IMG/VR virus record: IMGVR_UViG_3300042465_006702
Span: 936-64,935 of that record
Length of the DNA stretch: 64,000 bases
DNA from: a virus
Taxonomy: Duplodnaviria > Caudoviricetes
Reading direction: 5' to 3' (one strand)
Positions 48,332 through 57,979 of the stretch are shown here, in pieces (the first letter of the stretch is position 1; every line of letters starts with the position of its first letter). The notes beneath the pieces were generated by a model. The model made no database searches and was not told where the DNA came from. It worked only from the letters and a program-made list of their open reading frames with translations. The translations under genes and the position numbers were made by a program.

Positions 48332-50887
48332 CTAAAATGCGAAAAACTTTTGTGCTGTTTTTGTTTCTACCGATGCTTTTTCCCACTTCAATGCGTTGTA
48401 AAAATCATCAATCTTATTTTCTAATTCTGCTTTATAAATTTCATCTCTATCAATATAAGTTTCAATGAAGTCCATAACCTCTTTCGGGTCATTGTAATCT
48501 TTGAATGCCAATCCTTCTAGTCCTAATGGGTTTGTTTTAAGATATACCCATTTCACTTTATCTCCATCTCTGATTGGTTCGTGTTTATAAGGACAGTTAA
48601 AGAATTTTAATAATCGGTTGTATGCTATTCCGGCTTTAACGTGTGCAGGTGTTCCCTTTTCGAAATCTGCAATTGCTTTACCTTTTGCCCAACTACCATC
48701 ATCATACTTACTTAATTCTTTGATTGCTCCACCCTTTGCTATTTTGTTTACAGGTAATCCAACCATACTCTTTTTGAATGTCAGTAACGAGTCATCTATG
48801 AATGCGTTATCTTTACCCATTAGAATATCTTTTAGAGTTCTTGCCATAAACTCCTGAAATGCTTTGGGGAATGAACTTCTAACAACGTCCAAACCTTTCA
48901 CATCCAACTTATCACATGGAATACCATTTTTCAAAATCATCCATTGTGCATATCGTTTTTTTGCTACCCAAAATCCTGCTTTACTGATATACTCTTTCTT
49001 AATCTCAAATCTATGCTTCTCTTTTGGAATAAAAAAGAATCGTTCTGCCAACAAATCGTAAAATGAATTTAAAAATGATTGAGTTTCTTCTGCAATTATG
49101 TTCACCTCTTGTGCCATTCTGGTTTCATCAAACTCTTTATAATTTGGATATCTGTGTTTTACCAAAGGTTCTGCCATCATATAGATTGAATCCGTATCAA
49201 TATACACATTGTAATCATCTTTAGTACCCAATTCTTTCCAATATTTGATGTTAGCCATTTCAGCAGTTTTCTTAATAACAGTTTGACCTGTTAGAGTTAC
49301 TGCTTCTGCATTATCAACATCATAAAATCGGAATGCCGGTAAACCTAAAACACCATACATTGAGTTCAGCAGGATTTTTTGTACAAGCTGTCTTTTAGCA
49401 TAAAACTCATATTTTTCAGTATCTCCTTCTTCACCATACTTCTTTTCTAATTTTCTAAACTCAACACGTTTATCAAACCAATCATTTAGAATATCTGCAA
49501 TCAAACCTGGACTATCTTGGTTATATAAGACTCCGTTTGCAGCAACACCCAAATTTCCATCTTTAATTACTTCTTCTAATTCACGCCTATTATATTCGTA
49601 TTGCTCTTCATCCTTACCAATTAAATTATATGTTTTGTCTTCACCCTTAATCCAACTTTCCGCATCCCAATTTTGAATCTTACCTACTTTTGTTTCAGGA
49701 CTGATGTTTAGAGTCATAATGATTGATGGATATAGAGATGTTAAGTCCAAGTCATAAATCCAATCATACTTACCAACGATAGGTTCTTTTACATATGCTC
49801 CGATAAACTTTTCTTCGTTGTTATCTTTAAGAGCTTGCATTCTTTCTTTTCTATCTTTTGGTTTATTGGATGCTACCAATCCTTTCTTTTTAAGATATGC
49901 TAAACATGCACCTTCTAACCACTTTGATGAAAATATGTAATCTTCATACGGAACAAACCCAGCGTGACAAACTGCTCTACATAATTCAATGAACTGAAGT
50001 TTATCATCCATTGCTACAATTAGGTCTACATCGACAATGTTATACTCAATAAATTTTTCTAAATCATTTTCAAATAGGTCATCCAAACTTCCTTCGTATT
50101 CAACCTTACCTCTACCTAATTCTTTAGTAGCGATATAATTTAGTGTATAAGATGATTCTAATGTATATGTGTAAGTTTTATAAAGATTAAGATAATCCAA
50201 AATACTTACTCCACCAAATGACCATTTATCTCTATATGGCGAATAGAAAGTTTGTCCGATTGGGGATAATCTTTTTGCGTGTCCTTCTCCGCATACGTTT
50301 TTAATACGATTGTAAAGGTATGGAATATCAAAAAAGTCTATGTTCCAACCCGTAAGAATAGTCGGGTTAATTTCTTCGTAATAATTAAGAAATGCAAATA
50401 AAAGATTTTTCTCGTTATCAAAAATGTGAACGCTAACTTCTCTGCCATCCTTATTAAATTGTGTGGCATTGTTTTTAACTTTTTTTTCTTTATCTAATAC
50501 AAAAACATCAAACAACTTTGTAGCACTATCTTGTGCTGCAATTGCTGTGATTTCATTTTGTGCTTCTTTTGTGTTTGGTAACCCCGTGTTCATTTCAACC
50601 TCAATATCAAACGTCATTACCCTATGTCCTTTTGATGGTAAATCTTCATTGTATATATCAACTAATACTCTAGTTGTTTCTGGTACATCTGCTTCGAATA
50701 GTTCTTCGGTTTCTTCTTTATCCCACTTTGATATACGAGTAAGTTTATCACCATACATTGAAAGATATTGTCCGTATGGGTCTTTTTTATAGGCATACTT
50801 ACGATATGGAAAGGTTGTATATCCCCTTTCATCATCCCATAAATGCATTAAGTTTTTTGACCTTTCGTAATAAATGTTTTGATACAT
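48332..50887 (-). CDS. family B DNA polymerase (gp43-like)
   Basis: FDIE, GWNIDFFD, YNIVD, DLTSLYPS, KILLNSMYG, YIDTDS, KKRY; tail QKFFAF. Confidence 0.97.
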   Translation of the reverse strand: MYQNIYYERSKNLMHLWDDERGYTTFPYRKYAYKKDPYGQYLSMYGDKLTRISKWDKEETEELFEADVPETTRVLVDIYNEDLPSKGHRVMTFDIEVEMNTGLPNTKEAQNEITAIAAQDSATKLFDVFVLDKEKKVKNNATQFNKDGREVSVHIFDNEKNLLFAFLNYYEEINPTILTGWNIDFFDIPYLYNRIKNVCGEGHAKRLSPIGQTFYSPYRDKWSFGGVSILDYLNLYKTYTYTLESSYTLNYIATKELGRGKVEYEGSLDDLFENDLEKFIEYNIVDVDLIVAMDDKLQFIELCRAVCHAGFVPYEDYIFSSKWLEGACLAYLKKKGLVASNKPKDRKERMQALKDNNEEKFIGAYVKEPIVGKYDWIYDLDLTSLYPSIIMTLNISPETKVGKIQNWDAESWIKGEDKTYNLIGKDEEQYEYNRRELEEVIKDGNLGVAANGVLYNQDSPGLIADILNDWFDKRVEFRKLEKKYGEEGDTEKYEFYAKRQLVQKILLNSMYGVLGLPAFRFYDVDNAEAVTLTGQTVIKKTAEMANIKYWKELGTKDDYNVYIDTDSIYMMAEPLVKHRYPNYKEFDETRMAQEVNIIAEETQSFLNSFYDLLAERFFFIPKEKHRFEIKKEYISKAGFWVAKKRYAQWMILKNGIPCDKLDVKGLDVVRSSFPKAFQEFMARTLKDILMGKDNAFIDDSLLTFKKSMVGLPVNKIAKGGAIKELSKYDDGSWAKGKAIADFEKGTPAHVKAGIAYNRLLKFFNCPYKHEPIRDGDKVKWVYLKTNPLGLEGLAFKDYNDPKEVMDFIETYIDRDEIYKAELENKIDDFYNALKWEKASVETKTAQKFFAF

Positions 50888-51999
50888 TAAGCTCTTAATT
50901 TTTCGTTTAATATTTTAATCATCTTACTATCGTTTTCAGATAGTTCCTTTGCTCTTTCAATTGCTTTTGTTGATAATTCTAATCTATGATTTTCATCATC
51001 TAATATTTTATCAAGCATATCAAACAAATCTTTTTTATATTTAAAGAATAACCCATTCGGGTCTATCTCTTTGTAACAATCTGATTCCTGAAATATCATA
51101 GGAGTTCCATTCATCATACAATCGGTAGCCGCTACACTCCAACCATAATTAGTCTGCCTCATTTGAATTCCAACGGAGCAAGATTGTAACTTTTTATAAT
51201 AATCATGCTTAGCTACTTTTGTATTATCAATCCATCCAAATTCAGGCTTACCATCTAATTGTGGCACCCACACTTTGAAATCTTGTCTACGCTCTCTATA
51301 TTCCTCCATTAATTTAATAAAAGATGGATATCCCTTATATGCGGCTGCTCTATGATTGAATACAATAACCTTTTCTTTTGGTTGTAGTGTTTCTATAATT
51401 TTAGTATCATCTATACCTAAATTCCAAACCACTAATATACTATTTAATTTTTGAATAAACAAATCATTGAACCACAATTTTGCTTCTTCTAAAACTCTAT
51501 CTTTTTGTTCTTGCGTATTTAAAAAGCAAGTATCCATTTGAGATACACCCAATAATTCTATTGGCATCCATCTCCATTTATTTTTTCTATCCTCAGCGTT
51601 ACAACTTTTCATTTCCCACCAATGACAATAACCAATTATTTTGGTATCAAATGAATTTTTATATCTACCAACTTGCGGCCAATCTGGCAAATGTGAATAT
51701 ATTACATCGTAATCCAACGTTTCTAATAACCTATTCATATCAGGTGGATATGTTCTCATTTTTATCATATCACCTGAAAATTCTAATATATGTTGTTTAA
51801 CATTTATCAGATTTAATTTCTTTACCGGTTGCGGTAATATTATATTCCAAAAAAAATCTCCATGTGGTTCTAATGCTTTTATATGATTGTATATGACATC
51901 TACAAAAGAATCCTTTTCAATATTTCCAGAATTAGTAATATTTGGTATTACTAATACTTTTCTAGCGTTTTTATAATCTATGGTTTCCCAAAATGCCAT
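50887..51999 (-). CDS. GT-B glycosyltransferase, candidate DNA-base glycosyltransferase
   Basis: DVIYSHLP, FNHR..YKG, GWSVAATDCMMNGTP; stop overlaps the PolB start codon. Confidence 0.7.
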   Translation of the reverse strand: MAFWETIDYKNARKVLVIPNITNSGNIEKDSFVDVIYNHIKALEPHGDFFWNIILPQPVKKLNLINVKQHILEFSGDMIKMRTYPPDMNRLLETLDYDVIYSHLPDWPQVGRYKNSFDTKIIGYCHWWEMKSCNAEDRKNKWRWMPIELLGVSQMDTCFLNTQEQKDRVLEEAKLWFNDLFIQKLNSILVVWNLGIDDTKIIETLQPKEKVIVFNHRAAAYKGYPSFIKLMEEYRERRQDFKVWVPQLDGKPEFGWIDNTKVAKHDYYKKLQSCSVGIQMRQTNYGWSVAATDCMMNGTPMIFQESDCYKEIDPNGLFFKYKKDLFDMLDKILDDENHRLELSTKAIERAKELSENDSKMIKILNEKLRA

Positions 52000-52000
52000 A

Positions 52001-53227
52001 CTATCTACCTACTTCTTTTAAATAATTATCTTTCATTTGTTCCCAAGTTAAACCAATTGCATTAATGTAAAATAATACCTCTGGTTTAATTTTACCTTCT
52101 TCGTAAAGCTTTTCATATCTTTTAATTGCTTTATCTTTCCACCATTTCATTGTATACGCATTACCTTGTTCAAATTTATCTTTTAAAACTAAATCCGTTT
52201 CTTCAATTTTTGAACAAAGAAACTCATTACCATTTTCATACATTTGTGCAAAATATACACCTCTTTGAAATCCGTGGTCGTATGCATCGCTTTTAATTCC
52301 CAATTCTTTATAAATTGCTTGAATAATTTTTTGTTTAATACCACTAACAGGTCCGTTTCGTTCATACCCCATATTAGCACCATTTCTCTCTCTTTCCTGT
52401 GTTATATGTGTATTATACCATTCTGCTTTATTTTCTTTTAACCATTGATGCCAAGGGTCATATACTTTATCATCCGGCTTTGTTGATATTTTACCTTTAG
52501 ATTCTCCTAATGTTTTAAAATGTGGAATACCATTGTATTGTGAGTGAATACCATAAAGGGATGTTGTACCAACTCCAACTAAAACATTATCATATTTTTG
52601 CTTCCAATAAGCCCTAATTTCGGGACACGTCGCTAATGCTGCTATTAGCTTACCACCCAAAAAGTTATAACCAAATGGCTGCGTTGATACGATTGTTGTA
52701 GCTATTGTAGTGCAATTTAATTTACCTTTTGTAAACTTATCTTCTTTTTGCCAACCAATATATGCATCTCTGACTCCCAAAGATGTAATATCGGAACCCA
52801 AACAAATTTGTCCTAATATTTTTTTACTCGTTCTATCTTTAACATAACACTTTACATTCCGACCAGGATTTGCCTGGAACTCCATAGTATGAATCAATCT
52901 ACGGATTTCAGTCCAACGTGTTGCTTCTTTTGGGTCTTCATCTACAATTTCTACATATGGGTCTAATGATTGTATTTCAGAAATAGTTAGTTCTTTATTC
53001 ATTATATCGGTAGGCTTCCATAGTGAATCATAGTGCTGCTGTAAAACTGGTAATCGTTTCATATTAGAAACTAAATCACTATTCCACTCCATCCACTTTT
53101 TATATAGAGTTTGCTCTTCTACTGACATTGTTTTAAGATAGTCCAAATTTTCAATGAACTTCTGTTTCATAACCTCATAATCAAAGGTTTCCGTATTTGT
53201 TTCTTCGCCTGTATCCCAAAATTTCAT
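52001..53227 (-). CDS. DruA/DUF4338-like protein
   Basis: NPGRN, LGSD..L..RD.YIGW, PFGYNFLGGKL.A, TTSLYG..SQYN, LGESKG; start moved to ATG 53227. Confidence 0.8.
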   Translation of the reverse strand: MKFWDTGEETNTETFDYEVMKQKFIENLDYLKTMSVEEQTLYKKWMEWNSDLVSNMKRLPVLQQHYDSLWKPTDIMNKELTISEIQSLDPYVEIVDEDPKEATRWTEIRRLIHTMEFQANPGRNVKCYVKDRTSKKILGQICLGSDITSLGVRDAYIGWQKEDKFTKGKLNCTTIATTIVSTQPFGYNFLGGKLIAALATCPEIRAYWKQKYDNVLVGVGTTSLYGIHSQYNGIPHFKTLGESKGKISTKPDDKVYDPWHQWLKENKAEWYNTHITQERERNGANMGYERNGPVSGIKQKIIQAIYKELGIKSDAYDHGFQRGVYFAQMYENGNEFLCSKIEETDLVLKDKFEQGNAYTMKWWKDKAIKRYEKLYEEGKIKPEVLFYINAIGLTWEQMKDNYLKEVGR

Positions 53228-53231
53228 ATGT

Positions 53232-53263
53232 TTAATATACGATTTTTTCCGCACATTACCAAA
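53232..53263 (-). promoter_or_regulatory. Bacteroidota sigma70-type promoter
   Basis: TTTG-N20-TATATTAA, ending 4 nt before ATG 53227. Confidence 0.6.
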
Positions 53264-54059
53264 ACTTACTTGCTAATTCAGTTTCGGGTGCTATTGTTAA
53301 ATGATGTTCTATATCTTTATTAAATTCCTTTGCATTTTTTGGATATTCTCTAACTGCATGTTTTAAGGATTTTAAGATTGCTTTCTTCTCCTTTTTATCA
53401 CCTGTAATTACTTGCACATATCTATGCTTCGGTGGTTCTTCCCTTCTCCAAAATTCTTTATATCCTTGCTTTCCAATTTCTCTACGAAGATGTTCTAAAT
53501 TACCACTACCCCACATTGAGAATACTGTCCTACTATGAATCCAATCGTATGGGTTGTTTGATAAAGATATTCCGTAGTTGGGCATTAAAGCAATTTCTGT
53601 GTTCATTCCCTGATATATCCAGTTCGTTGCTTGGTATATTCCACCCAAATGCTCTTGTCCGTTATCTGCGTAGGAAATCAATACCTTAATTGCTTTATCG
53701 TTTTCTCTAAACCATTTGAATGATTGTCCGATTGCATAACTTTCTATGTTAGAACCATATCCATCATCACAATAGAGACGGGTAAGTTCTAATACATTAT
53801 CTTTTGTAAGTAATTCGGAAATAGAATTTGCTGCTCTTGCACCTACTGGAAATCCGTAAACCAAACATCCGATTAACTTTTCGTTATCACCTAATGCGTT
53901 TACTTCATCTGTTCTATAAAATATACCCAAAGAGTATCTACAAGCAGTCCACGCGTGAGTATAGTGTTTTTTAACTATAATCTCTTTTGCAATTGATGGA
54001 CTGATTTCTCTAATCGTAACTCTGGATACATCACAATAATTTTTATTAGCTTCTTTCAT
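53256..54059 (-). CDS. Mom-family (GNAT) DNA adenine-modification enzyme
   Basis: IVKKHY, IGCLVYG.P, LELTRL, N.ES, ISYAD..Q.H.G.IYQATNWIYQG. Confidence 0.82.
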   Translation of the reverse strand: MKEANKNYCDVSRVTIREISPSIAKEIIVKKHYTHAWTACRYSLGIFYRTDEVNALGDNEKLIGCLVYGFPVGARAANSISELLTKDNVLELTRLYCDDGYGSNIESYAIGQSFKWFRENDKAIKVLISYADNGQEHLGGIYQATNWIYQGMNTEIALMPNYGISLSNNPYDWIHSRTVFSMWGSGNLEHLRREIGKQGYKEFWRREEPPKHRYVQVITGDKKEKKAILKSLKHAVREYPKNAKEFNKDIEHHLTIAPETELASKFW

Positions 54060-54243
54060 ATGGCCATTTCAACATGTGAGTCCATGTCTGATTTGTAACT
54101 ATTTTTTTAATATTTGCTGGCGAAACTTTGTGGTTTTGTGCCAATACTTTAACATTACGATGTCCAACTTTCCATAGTTCTCTAATCGTTTCAACTTGCT
54201 TTTCAGTAAGTTTGCTCATTGGATGCGCTTCACCTTTTAACAT
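54046..54243 (-). CDS. stand-alone HTH (HNH-associated DNA-binding domain)
   Basis: GEAHPMSKLTEKQV..IR...LA...VS..I..IV..TW.H; start moved to ATG 54243. Confidence 0.7.
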   Translation of the reverse strand: MLKGEAHPMSKLTEKQVETIRELWKVGHRNVKVLAQNHKVSPANIKKIVTNQTWTHMLKWPYERS

Positions 54244-54247
54244 AATC

Positions 54248-54279
54248 CTAATATACGGAATTTTTTTCACTATAACAAA
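54248..54279 (-). promoter_or_regulatory. Bacteroidota sigma70-type promoter
   Basis: TTTG-N20-TATATTAG, ending 4 nt before ATG 54243. Confidence 0.65.
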
Positions 54280-54834
54280 TCATTTTTTAAATATAAGCAA
54301 AACATCATTTTTTTGATTATGATTACTTTTTGCTCTTAAATCTATTATTTCGTATGGTATATTTAATTTATCAAATTCAACTTTATAATTGTCGATATCC
54401 CATACATCTTCTATAATAATTTTACCATTTGGTTTTAATTTTGAAAACCATTTTTTTACACAATTTATTTGTGATTGTAAAGTATGCGGGCCATCATCTA
54501 TAATATAATCAAATGTTTCATCAAAATATAAATCAACAACATCATTGGAATACGCATCTCCGTAAATGATACCAACATTTTCAATACTATTTACAATATT
54601 TACATACTCATCGGTCATTTCATCTTTATTATCAATTCCAAATATTTTAGAATTAATAAACCAATCTCTCCATAAAATTAAAGAGTCACCTTTGTTAATG
54701 CCTATTTCTAATATATTTAATTTATCATATCTAATCGGTGTAAATTCCGAATTGTACCACTCATCTATATAACAATGGACCGTTCCTTTGTCGGTTGCTT
54801 CTCCCGTACTTTTATAATATTCGGATAAATCCAT
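54280..54834 (-). CDS. class I SAM methyltransferase (sugar O-methyltransferase-like)
   Basis: TDKG..H.Y, ILEIGI..G.S..W, IIDDGPH, IIED. Confidence 0.85.
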   Translation of the reverse strand: MDLSEYYKSTGEATDKGTVHCYIDEWYNSEFTPIRYDKLNILEIGINKGDSLILWRDWFINSKIFGIDNKDEMTDEYVNIVNSIENVGIIYGDAYSNDVVDLYFDETFDYIIDDGPHTLQSQINCVKKWFSKLKPNGKIIIEDVWDIDNYKVEFDKLNIPYEIIDLRAKSNHNQKNDVLLIFKK

Positions 54835-55097
54835 TATTTAATTGCTTCGTTAATTGAATTTTGATATGCTATTTTAGATTGAAGGCCGGTAAATCTTTCA
54901 TGCAATTGACCGTTCTTTTCAATGATTACGGTCGGAACTGATGTTACTCCGTATTTTTCTACTTCAGATGTATACTCATCTATATCAATATCTTCAAACT
55001 TTACATTTGGATATTTACTTTTAATTTCATTCATTACAGGTGCTAACATTCTACATGGTCCACACCAAACTGCGCTAAACTTTTTTACCGTTACCAT
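54834..55097 (-). CDS. trxA: thioredoxin
   Basis: WCGPC, SVPT. Confidence 0.93.
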   Translation of the reverse strand: MVTVKKFSAVWCGPCRMLAPVMNEIKSKYPNVKFEDIDIDEYTSEVEKYGVTSVPTVIIEKNGQLHERFTGLQSKIAYQNSINEAIK

Positions 55098-55806
55098 TCG
55101 TTATTTGTTTTAAATATTCATATTCATCCAAAAGGGCATCTACTATTGGATGTCTATGATTTGTTAATAGGGTTTGTGATGCCATATCTTTAACCTTTGT
55201 TGCTATTGATATTAGGAATTTAAATCCACTTTCTCCTCTGGTTTTCAAATCTACTTGTTGAGTATCTCCACAAATAACCATTTTACTTCTCAATCCCAAT
55301 CTACTCACAATCATTTCCATTTGGTCCGTTGTGCAGTTTTGTGCTTCATCTACAATTACGAATGAATCCAAAAACGTTCTACCTCTCATAAATGCAACTG
55401 GTACAATTTCTATTGCTCCACTTTCAAGGATTTCATCAATCTTTTCTTTGTTGTAAAGTTGATAAAAATTTGCATATATAGGTTGCATCCACGGTTCCAT
55501 TTTCTCTCTTAAATCACCAGGAAGAAAACCTATTTCTTCTTTACTAACCGTTGGCCTAGTGATTACAATCTTTTGAATAACTTTTTTAAATAAAAGGTCC
55601 AATGCAATCTGACAAGCTAAAAGTGTTTTACCACTTCCGGCTTTGCCACTTAATATCGTAATTGCGTTATTAAGTATTTTTTCTTTTGCTAGTTTCTGTT
55701 CTTCATTTAATTGAAGTTGAAATTTAATTGGTCCCTTTGGTTTCTGTTTTTCTTCTCTAATTTTTTCTGTCAACTCTTTGTGTTTTGATGATTGATTTTC
55801 TCCCAT
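55075..55806 (-). CDS. phoH: PhoH-family ATPase
   Basis: GKAGSGKT, GFLPGD..EK, FMRGRTF, DEAQN, GD..Q.DL, HRHP. Confidence 0.93.
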   Translation of the reverse strand: MGENQSSKHKELTEKIREEKQKPKGPIKFQLQLNEEQKLAKEKILNNAITILSGKAGSGKTLLACQIALDLLFKKVIQKIVITRPTVSKEEIGFLPGDLREKMEPWMQPIYANFYQLYNKEKIDEILESGAIEIVPVAFMRGRTFLDSFVIVDEAQNCTTDQMEMIVSRLGLRSKMVICGDTQQVDLKTRGESGFKFLISIATKVKDMASQTLLTNHRHPIVDALLDEYEYLKQITNGNGKKV

Positions 55807-55985
55807 AACTCGTCTAATTTATTAGTCCCCTTTAAATGTTTCGGGTCATATGGGCAATGGCGACAACCACTGCCACAACAATACCCTCGTTCAATATGGT
55901 AGTTAGGGGTAAAAACCACCTTACCATTTTCCAAATAATATAGCGATTTGTCATCTTTATTTAATTTCACAGGCACCTCCTGCAC
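55770..55985 (-). CDS. Cys-rich small protein (DUF5522-like)
   Basis: VFT..YH..RGYCCGSGCRHCPY; true start may be GTG 55970. Confidence 0.75.
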   Translation of the reverse strand: MQEVPVKLNKDDKSLYYLENGKVVFTPNYHIERGYCCGSGCRHCPYDPKHLKGTNKLDELWEKINHQNTKS

Positions 55986-57813
55986 AAGCTAATTCACCAC
56001 TTAAATCTGTGTTATCGTTTGTTTCAATAACCTTTGATAAATCAATCTCATGTAAAGTTTTCATTAATTCTTCGTACTTTTCTTTTGTACAATCTTCGAA
56101 TGGTGCTTGAATGTAAGTTCCACCATCGTAAGGTAATACTGAAAGTCCATTGTAGAAATCTTTATTTTCCCACATCCACTCACCAACTGCTTTCCACTCA
56201 TGCTCTCTAACTGAAACGGTTGCCGATACATTATGTGTATTGTTACCACTTCTATGACCCGGCTTAATCCATTCACCATGTACTTTCTTAACTCTTTCCA
56301 ATAATTGAATTGGTGATTCGGTACGGAAAATTGAACCCTGTGGTGCTCTTTGTGGAATACCAATTACTGCGGTATCATGCGGACGGAAATATTCATCTTC
56401 CACTAATTCAGGATGGTTAAGGAAAAGATACTGATATATTGCTTCATTCTTACCCACTCTTACTCTACGAATATAGTAATCGTTATGCCAAGCGTGAATT
56501 CCAGATGATGTTCCTAATGTCAATGATGTTGTTCCTGCAGGTTTAACAGTTGTTGTTCTTGCAGATGCGTTGATACCGATTGTATCGGCAACTCTTACGT
56601 TTTCTTCTTTCACAACTTTAGCTGCTTCTTTCATATTGTATTTCAAAACTGCACCACTTCCAATACCCGTCATAGATACACCAATAAGTGCATCCTTTTC
56701 AGTTGTTCTTTGCCAGATTGGACGAAGATAATGAAAATCAGTATAACCTGCTTGTAGGGTTCCGATAAATGATGCTGCTTTAACTCTTGCATTTAAATCC
56801 TCTTGCGATTGAATATCCGATACATTAACTTCACAAAGGTTACAGAATTGAAAAGGTCTTAATGCAATCTCACAACAAGGATTAGTTCCCCAATCTTTAT
56901 CGTTTGATAAGTAGATACCAGGTTCACCTGCTCCACTTGCTTCAATACGCTTCCACAAATCCACAAAGTATTCTTTGGTGATTTTGTGTCTCATTAGGAC
57001 TGCTGAATTGTTTGCTCTACCTCTCTGTGGATTTGTTTCCCACCAAGCACCACTCTTACAACTAATCATATCTTCATCGGTTGCAGAGAACAAACAAATC
57101 AATGCTGCTCTACGGATACCACCAGCTAATACTGCATCAGCAATGTGGCAAACAATATCGTGCACTTCAATTGGTGTTAGCTTATCACCATCTTCCTTTG
57201 CATCTAATATACCTTCCAATTTAATCAAACACTCTTTAAGTGGTTGAGGACCCGGTGCTTTACCACCCGATGTGATTAATCTTGCACCCTTTGGTCTAAT
57301 ATCTCTGAAATCAAAAGTTGGTTTACTTCCACCAAAGAAATAAGCTTTTACTAAAACCGATATTGCATCGGCCCATCCTTCAATAGAATCTCCAATAAGA
57401 AATCTACGAGTTTTTTCTGCATTTGGTTTTCTGATTTCTGGTAATTGGTCTACGTGATGTTTTTGAACTGAATACCCTACACCCGTTCCACCTAAAAGTA
57501 AGAACATAATCTCTGCAAATACTCTATAATCATCAATTGGTGCAAATGCACAATTGTATATTCTGTTTGGGCTGATTTCAATTGGTTTACCTGCGAATTG
57601 CATAGAACGCATTGAAGGTAAAACCTTTTTATCGTATACGAATTTATAATTTTCTCTAATCTCCGTTTCTAAATTTGGATATTTTTTAATATGCATTTCC
57701 ATATTACGGGTTACCAATTCTTCCCATGTCTCTCTTCTTTGTAATTCCGGTTGGTATTTTGCATACTTCATATAAACCGTAATGTCTGATAAAATTCTTT
57801 GTGAAATGTCCAT
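55957..57813 (-). CDS. nrdJ: class II (adenosylcobalamin-dependent) ribonucleotide reductase
   Basis: RRETWEE, NCA, GTGVG, GGIRRAA, TNPCCE, FCNL, TVKPAGT, C-terminal LACAGGACEI; no beta subunit nearby. Confidence 0.9.
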   Translation of the reverse strand: MDISQRILSDITVYMKYAKYQPELQRRETWEELVTRNMEMHIKKYPNLETEIRENYKFVYDKKVLPSMRSMQFAGKPIEISPNRIYNCAFAPIDDYRVFAEIMFLLLGGTGVGYSVQKHHVDQLPEIRKPNAEKTRRFLIGDSIEGWADAISVLVKAYFFGGSKPTFDFRDIRPKGARLITSGGKAPGPQPLKECLIKLEGILDAKEDGDKLTPIEVHDIVCHIADAVLAGGIRRAALICLFSATDEDMISCKSGAWWETNPQRGRANNSAVLMRHKITKEYFVDLWKRIEASGAGEPGIYLSNDKDWGTNPCCEIALRPFQFCNLCEVNVSDIQSQEDLNARVKAASFIGTLQAGYTDFHYLRPIWQRTTEKDALIGVSMTGIGSGAVLKYNMKEAAKVVKEENVRVADTIGINASARTTTVKPAGTTSLTLGTSSGIHAWHNDYYIRRVRVGKNEAIYQYLFLNHPELVEDEYFRPHDTAVIGIPQRAPQGSIFRTESPIQLLERVKKVHGEWIKPGHRSGNNTHNVSATVSVREHEWKAVGEWMWENKDFYNGLSVLPYDGGTYIQAPFEDCTKEKYEELMKTLHEIDLSKVIETNDNTDLSGELACAGGACEIK

Positions 57814-57979
57814 TTTTTGTAATTTTTTAATTTTTTAAGGTGAGTAATTTTTTTCAGGAAAACCAGAAAATGTAAAGATAAGTATGGACTCAACCTATCA
57901 ATAGTACCATTTTCTAAAGAAAATTTTAGGTTTTGTTGAAAAATATTTTTCTCCGTTTTTTTAATTTTTTATATACTTA

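Noticed and set aside
52001-53227. Druantia anti-phage system
   Set aside because: Only a DruA-like gene is present; there is no DruE helicase or other Dru gene, and the context is phage replication
57814-57979. Cobalamin riboswitch or structured RNA upstream of nrdJ
   Set aside because: The spacer is AT-rich, with no B12-box or convincing stems by eye; an Rfam scan would settle it
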